A DNA stretch of 64,000 nt, from NCBI GenBank assembly GCA_044226015.1, contig JBGAHS010000002.1, forward strand, positions 883,435 through 947,434, in the 5' to 3' direction. The DNA comes from Candidatus Obscuribacteraceae bacterium. Lineage in GTDB: Bacteria > Cyanobacteriota > Vampirovibrionia > Obscuribacterales > Obscuribacteraceae. A model generated the notes under the pieces. It saw nothing but the letters and a program-made list of their open reading frames with translations, was not told the DNA's origin and made no database searches. Both the position numbers and the translations under genes were made by a program. Positions 60,101 to 64,000 of this stretch are shown here, piece after piece (the first letter of the stretch is position 1; every line of letters begins with the position of its first letter).

Positions 60101-62079
60101 CAACCTATTCACCGTCAATTTCCGGAGTATTGCATGCCACAGATCCACGCGTCATTATTCCTACCACAGGAACTCTGCCAGCTTACAATTTCAAGACAAG
60201 CCGGGCATCTTTCCTTACGCCTATTTCGTTTGAAACCTTCCAGCTGCCTACATCGTTCGGGGCAGTTGGCACACGAACTTTACCCACAGCCGATGTTCGC
60301 AATGTAAGAATCAGCGCGCTCAACACTTCGCTAGGAATTGGAAACACCTACGTACCAGGCAACGTGACAATTCGAGGAGAAGTTCTTGGAGGGGACATCT
60401 CCATTAATACAATCACGGACATTGGACCAACTAAAGCTGCGACTAACTTGATTTTCGACACAGGGGCATATGTTTACTCCATCGGCGGCACGAGTATTGT
60501 CTCTGCCGGCACACTGCAGTTGAATGACTCAACTGTAAATGGGGGCAACAAAACAAAGCCACTGACCATCACTGCAGCTGGCGATATCACCACAAACAAC
60601 TCGTCCATTTTCAGTAACTACAAGGGCAGCATTACGAGTCAGCACGGAAGCTTCACCGACCTGGGCACTGGCAGTCATGGTTCTTACGACGACAGCCTCT
60701 CTATAACCGCAGAAAGTAACATCACTTTCAATTCAGCTAGTTCTTTAGGTACGGTCAAAGGGCTTACCATTCAGTCAAAGAATGCAGGAATTACACTGTC
60801 CGGCAATTTATTCAATGCAAGTGGAGTTCTTAGGGTTGTTGCAGCTAAAGGAATCTCTGTCGGGGCAACACTTTCCTCAGGAGAATTAACCCCAACAGCA
60901 CCAAGCACAGGAAACCTTAGCAAGAATGATATTGCCAAAATGTTTGATGGTGTCACCGCAAAAGCTGGAAGCATTAGCATAATTTCCGGAAGCAAGACAA
61001 TGCCTCATAGTATCGCCGTGTTAGCCAACGCCAAACTTACATCCAACGGAGGCAATGTAAGCTTAGCCAGCTTCAATGACATCAGCCTTAGTACTCCAGC
61101 AACAATTTCTGCTAATGGCGGAAATGTGTTCTTGCTCGCAATGGGAAGCGTTGAAGACAGTAACAACGTCTTTAGTTCAAATGTTGTAAAAGTCAGTGCT
61201 CGTGCAATAGGCACAGCAGCCAGCTCTACGGGTGGCGTAATTGAGATTGGCTCGGGGCTGACTGCACCGACGATCGCAAGTCCCCCAGCCCAAACATCTA
61301 CCGTTAGCCAATCCGCACTGACACGCGGACCAGGATCTGTGACAATAAATGGAACTGGTGCTCTCAAGGTAAACGTAAGTTCCCAGGGTAAGGTAGAGCT
61401 AAACAATTACAGCAATAGCGCTGTCATTAACATGAGCGGTGGAGCAATCGTAATAGATGCGAAAAGTACCACACCAGGAAAGGGCGTAATCTTCGACGGA
61501 ATACAACTTGACGTAAGCGCGTTTAAGCCGATTGCCTTCGTTCAAGAACCGGAGATCAGAACTGCATTAATCGTGTCCGAGCGCGACGCGGTCATTGATA
61601 CTGCATACGGTGCAATTCAAGTAAAGCGCGGCGCCGTCCTCACATTGGAAACCTCCAATGGAATCATAAGGGTTCAGTCTTGCAGCGGACCTCACGATGT
61701 CTCTATCAAAGTTGAGAATGGAACCATTCCTGTTGCGCCTGGACAGGAAGTTTTGTTGACTGGTGCAGAACCAAGGGAGTTCGAGCGACATCCATACGAC
61801 GGCATCGGACGACGAGGTACGGTCAGCTACAAAATGGGCAAGACTCACCTGACAATTTCAGATTTCTCGATTATCTCACTCTTGCAAAATGCTGATTATC
61901 TTTCAGAACTAAAGGCAAGCAAAAACAACAGCGAAAGACGAATTCTAAGCAAGGTACTCAAGACAGCCGCTGCAGTTCAAACACTCACCGCCGGCAAACG
62001 TGGCGCTTACAATGCCAAACCGAAGGTACCAGGGTCCATGAAACACCAGCGCAGGAAAGATACGCTGGCTCAACTTTGA
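54184..62079 (+). CDS. Giant secreted hemagglutinin-like beta-helix adhesin or surface protein, 2631 aa
   Basis: AGGAG RBS; Sec signal peptide; G/N/S/T-rich repeats such as GGNITL, GGNVTL and GGSVTI. Confidence 0.82.
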   Translation: MKLRNRLLHVPALVMGPALAWSSLPCFAELNLDLASKNRTVVVGADQLSTPTTIQAGGKAHVITPGAMLTPAEFVALTQVINTGKQDLKLDAAGRASGGSFILNSVPNVADLSGLTIPSRVTALHDFASTAGTLNLSGNLVNSGNFFALSTNAATNSANISAANIFNNPHALLSTVLPAGGLPSFLNAISNLNLNLNAASNIMNAGTITSAGSLTATAGGSIINALPTGIIGLAPVMQATQNLNLNTSHLVNSGVITSANANINIVNQSISNLLVNNLGGTMKALSGSINVGDLLTTTNASLSGGNWLSNSLNINVGSEANLNIGQVSGIINAAANDLHITASTDALRLGNICLKGDPTFYNLAGDVLLNDGFDLTTNGEDLAIVAKGDIKVDDLALNPVQIDTDGGDVLMVAGANFTVPSGDDITIFGTSPEGGEIDLSTGPGCDLFNTTPTASNSNGGNITLVAFGGESGTSSVLAGKITLPLLGLNVTSGGTGSGANGNFTAIAGELSADSTSIIIGGVDTSGGTGSGGQIGLYTSIPVLTVGGNPSSSIDIVNHSLLAGHAITTDTTKNLQNNHITAFSLTSTGRQGTSVIAGGNIFFTNASYVPNGNDGPLTNVDGPHIDLIGGASGIVHQLGATLAPNAQLNIQAGSQGFISDGDISAGDIKVESQGIITVKNVTSTAGAYTINAKGEPIEVKSASLRSIGASSGDITVLGTICCNQVFLQSTFGNVGSISNRVNIAANVAVDVGVNSGSAFLTGLGDLTLFPTSFVGKLSSNTLDVETKNNGDIVLGGLDSFGVFLTGAVPNINFLGGQNSLKLTADGTGEIRQSDFVQIHAGQATLTSGTGDIGFHNLDVNGKETGLWIFASSIEAKTGGNVFLTQATVPDGKPRASVLINNVPIADGKSFLYRTDYSATQVELSKVNAGNNSSITVNSAGKIVVLDKVSVGTGSSIDIGTQSDLVLSAPTGVVEGDVGSNITLNAGKSLLQGTSVLVSAGGSISVTTGQDIQPTSATVKLGAGSVFLDAPGDIGSPSSPINTFTEKLTVNSSTNAYINSEASFPMELGIVNSNNFNFTTEGDLTLTNSMSGAAASISSNSGSITVNSNMSFGAQISLIANKGSITNNANGPVIQIGKTGSHVFISTPQLKNNGIIVGETINVSSPTGIDLHISGTGKFTSNDTRLAAPGDLDDTNTITFDNLSNQHFFGPTTFIANGDLQPNILIDNAVVVVDSPLSLLAHGYTKNFGSLSADPIRLITPNGAGIISVGQGDVVLQSNLIFEGKNLTIISPGNIFATAAVTKIELKSKDGTAGNLTLIAGFDFTKSPAGSPFDQRLTLNSINTVTGPSSHGGSIVLPKVAIDTSTQGTGFISAIGGNVVAVAHKGSENIGAILLKSVTATGGAQGRGGNVTLIGQGGVKATGLIDTSGSTGGNVTVAGAEPIIVGGPIVFQNGYLRSAGVFVALPVDEKNGASVIIGSTKTSGSFKFGGDVNIRSDSQVSVGNITATGAGKALDGISGGSVTISSLANQVNAANIDVSGMPYATFPTAPVVSTHAGSIVITAYSGISVGNLIAHGGARPGKGSGGNGGQVFASTASDNIKGYFTGSILVDGYIDTRGGDGNLKVDDGSSGGAGGSVFLNGGTVQVLKALSNVSINVAGGTAKNSANGGSGGTVQINTYGVQPFPRNFDLISSIASEAVLPGGLFTVGAPKVGTALVNAGKPPINGTVGWINSGSITQALKVSSLTDTNPAGDEYNQLGVSINITGGSETYKVIVNESTTPALQFRSGTATVSGLRQFVTPAAAVALYQVSRGLDQQIGVLGSNGVGVGRNPQFSTTTPGFSPAIIQVDERDIRGRFTNFNLSVLNTTNSALAGDAELNVSGLLPVIDLSLTKQKSINGRVMFETPDAVSMIFGAKSLGSPLGSITTAPTGTLVIGTTEAKILNLGKIGAGKIAFLGTGSSLMIDNGLYSPSPATTYSPSISGVLHATDPRVIIPTTGTLPAYNFKTSRASFLTPISFETFQLPTSFGAVGTRTLPTADVRNVRISALNTSLGIGNTYVPGNVTIRGEVLGGDISINTITDIGPTKAATNLIFDTGAYVYSIGGTSIVSAGTLQLNDSTVNGGNKTKPLTITAAGDITTNNSSIFSNYKGSITSQHGSFTDLGTGSHGSYDDSLSITAESNITFNSASSLGTVKGLTIQSKNAGITLSGNLFNASGVLRVVAAKGISVGATLSSGELTPTAPSTGNLSKNDIAKMFDGVTAKAGSISIISGSKTMPHSIAVLANAKLTSNGGNVSLASFNDISLSTPATISANGGNVFLLAMGSVEDSNNVFSSNVVKVSARAIGTAASSTGGVIEIGSGLTAPTIASPPAQTSTVSQSALTRGPGSVTINGTGALKVNVSSQGKVELNNYSNSAVINMSGGAIVIDAKSTTPGKGVIFDGIQLDVSAFKPIAFVQEPEIRTALIVSERDAVIDTAYGAIQVKRGAVLTLETSNGIIRVQSCSGPHDVSIKVENGTIPVAPGQEVLLTGAEPREFERHPYDGIGRRGTVSYKMGKTHLTISDFSIISLLQNADYLSELKASKNNSERRILSKVLKTAAAVQTLTAGKRGAYNAKPKVPGSMKHQRRKDTLAQL

Positions 62080-62415
62080 TTAGCGAAGTTTGGGCAGTCA
62101 CACTCAGCTTCCCAAGTTGACTAGACCCTTTCACAGCGCAAAAAAGGAAGCGAATACGCAGCGATAGGTTCGGGTTTGCCCGTCTAAGATCACGATGAGC
62201 TCACATTGTTTTTTTTTCAGATGCCCGGCATCCGGACACCTGACTCCTGCTACTTCAAAATCTGGATTATCTTTGGGCTGAGGCAGGATCAGTGTTCCCC
62301 ATGCGGGAATAAGAGAATTAATACAGCGTTTGCGGACTTGCGCCTTGTCGACCTTAACAAAATCTCAGACAATCGCAAGTGTCAGTGCCTGCAAGCTTTC
62401 TGCCGGGTGAGCTCA

Positions 62416-64000
62416 ATGAGTTCGGAAAAGTCAGCCATTAGCAATAGCGAGCAATCGGACCAAAAGTCCGTCGCCGCAGACCGTGCTGTTGACAAGCTAA
62501 GCCTGGAAGCGAACCCGAACCCAGACGCAAAAGCCAGAACAGAGCAGACCAATAGTGTCGCACTCCAATCACAGAATGAATTAAGCACAAAAGCAGGCTC
62601 TGTCCCAGAGCTCAAACGACTTCTCAGTGATGCTGGAAGTTTAACAAGCCCAGAAGCCGGTAAAATGGCTGCTGCAGACAAAACCAAAACAGCTCTAGTA
62701 CAGGAATCAACAAATTCCGCTGACCGCAGCTCGCAAACTGATAATGGCGCAAGTGACGCAGGCTCGGCGCTGGCGAGGCTAATTCGTGCCGCCAGCGATA
62801 ATGGTCTCAAGTGCGCAGACAAAGCTTGCAATTTTCTCGGTGAAAAAACAGCTCTCTATGGCTTCGACGAGCAGACAGGTGCAGGAATTGTTTCCAGAGT
62901 GCTAAATAAGTTCACTCAGCAGATTCAGCGGCATGAAGCAGACACCAGCAGTGGTACCATGCGAGACATCGGTGGTCGACCCTACACAGAGATAAAACTA
63001 AATGGCAATGCTCTCTATCAAGCTGCTGATGGAAGCATCTACAAGAAAGAGACTAGCGATAACAAAACATTCCTTGAAGAAATACCTGGGCTCAAAGCAG
63101 TTAGCGCGGACAAGCTGTCCATAGATGGCGTTACAAGAAATGGACTGAGAGAAAACACAACACGACAGAACTCGAATCTCGATTCATCTGCAAGTAGCAG
63201 CGAGTTGAAGACGCTGTTTACTTTAATGAAGCAACCTCACGGATTGCTCGAAAGATTGGGCAAGACAGAGACTCCAATCGTCAAACCATTTGTTGAACAG
63301 TTTGCATTCCTCGACAAACTCAAAGATTTCGCCTGGCAGTCACCATTGGAAAGCTTGAGTGGAAAACTCTCATTGCCAGGTGATACCACTTTAAGCTCTG
63401 CGCAGCTTTCTCTTAAACATCAGTTTTCCGCAGCAAGAACCGAAAGAACACTTCAAGAAGTTCAAGAGAAACAAGAAAACAGCCGTTCCACAGAACGTCT
63501 TTCCCCTAAAGCGCTCGCACAATCAAACGACTACGCCACACAGCATTTGCTAAGCGAACCCCTGCAAGATGGTTTTAAGACTGCCGGACAGTTCAGAACC
63601 TTCACCGCAGATGGTGCCTTCAACGGTAGCGATCGAGCCGCAACGGTCGTGGATCGCTCGAAGGACCAGAAGCTTAACGAGATCATCGCAGACGCCAAAG
63701 CAAAATTCGCTGAGTTGCCAGACCGCGAAAAAGCAAGAGCTCTTGCAGACTACGTGAACAAGATCATGGGACCCGCAGACGGCAATGAAAAGGCTCTGGA
63801 TGAGCGCTATCGCGCAATGATGACAGAGAATGCCGGCAAGTCGATGATGTTAAGCGAATTTCTGGGGAATGGCTCTTGCACACAACGAGCTTTGTTGCTC
63901 AAAGTTCTCGCTGATGAGATGGGGCTCAAAAGCGACGTGGTGAGAGGCAATGGTGGAGCGCATGTATGGAACACATTCAGCTTCAACGACGGAAAGAAAG
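62416..64000 (+). CDS. Protein with EDR1/CTR1/ARMC3-like transglutaminase/peptidase domain (3' truncated, not in ORF track)
   Basis: Frame read codon by codon is open from 62221 to the window end; DGF...VVDRSKDQKL...ALADYVNKIMG...GSCTQRALLLKVLADEMGL...RG...HVWN. Confidence 0.8.
   Translation, partial: MSSEKSAISNSEQSDQKSVAADRAVDKLSLEANPNPDAKARTEQTNSVALQSQNELSTKAGSVPELKRLLSDAGSLTSPEAGKMAAADKTKTALVQESTNSADRSSQTDNGASDAGSALARLIRAASDNGLKCADKACNFLGEKTALYGFDEQTGAGIVSRVLNKFTQQIQRHEADTSSGTMRDIGGRPYTEIKLNGNALYQAADGSIYKKETSDNKTFLEEIPGLKAVSADKLSIDGVTRNGLRENTTRQNSNLDSSASSSELKTLFTLMKQPHGLLERLGKTETPIVKPFVEQFAFLDKLKDFAWQSPLESLSGKLSLPGDTTLSSAQLSLKHQFSAARTERTLQEVQEKQENSRSTERLSPKALAQSNDYATQHLLSEPLQDGFKTAGQFRTFTADGAFNGSDRAATVVDRSKDQKLNEIIADAKAKFAELPDREKARALADYVNKIMGPADGNEKALDERYRAMMTENAGKSMMLSEFLGNGSCTQRALLLKVLADEMGLKSDVVRGNGGAHVWNTFSFNDGKK

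Noticed and set aside
62209..62217. T9 tract as a phase-variation switch
   Set aside because: Intergenic, short and not placed within an identifiable promoter

Overview
Bacterial chromosomal window, gene-dense, with no rRNA, tRNA, CRISPR array or mobile element detected. A PlmA-like GntR regulator and the absence of photosynthesis genes suggest a non-photosynthetic relative of cyanobacteria (Vampirovibrionia/Melainabacteria-like); this is inference. Recognisable blocks: the tail of a Tad/Flp pseudopilin cluster (1-2599), RecQ, a urate-to-ureidoglycolate operon (hpyO-like, allB, alc, uraD, uraH) followed by deoxyhypusine-synthase-like and DUF985 cupin genes, peptide deformylase, tricorn and S41 proteases, a Rieske oxygenase with ribokinase, a divergent two-component pair, PiT/DUF47, an FHA protein and bioFHCDA. 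Most unusual items: (1) a protein with ten Cys-containing repeats from two families sharing one consensus, resembling a multi-core peptide precursor, followed by an unannotated 41-aa membrane ORF; (2) a 2604-aa protein with a ~1700-aa coiled coil built from ~460-aa super-repeats between two hydrophobic anchors; (3) an ORF missing from the track with an EDR1/CTR1/ARMC3-like Cys-His domain; (4) a shared N-terminal motif in these signal-peptide-less proteins, a possible export tag; (5) a metazoan-type ankyrin glutaminase beside a candidate structured RNA; (6) a giant adhesin-like protein with no recognisable secretion module. All family assignments come from motif recognition by eye, not from searches.
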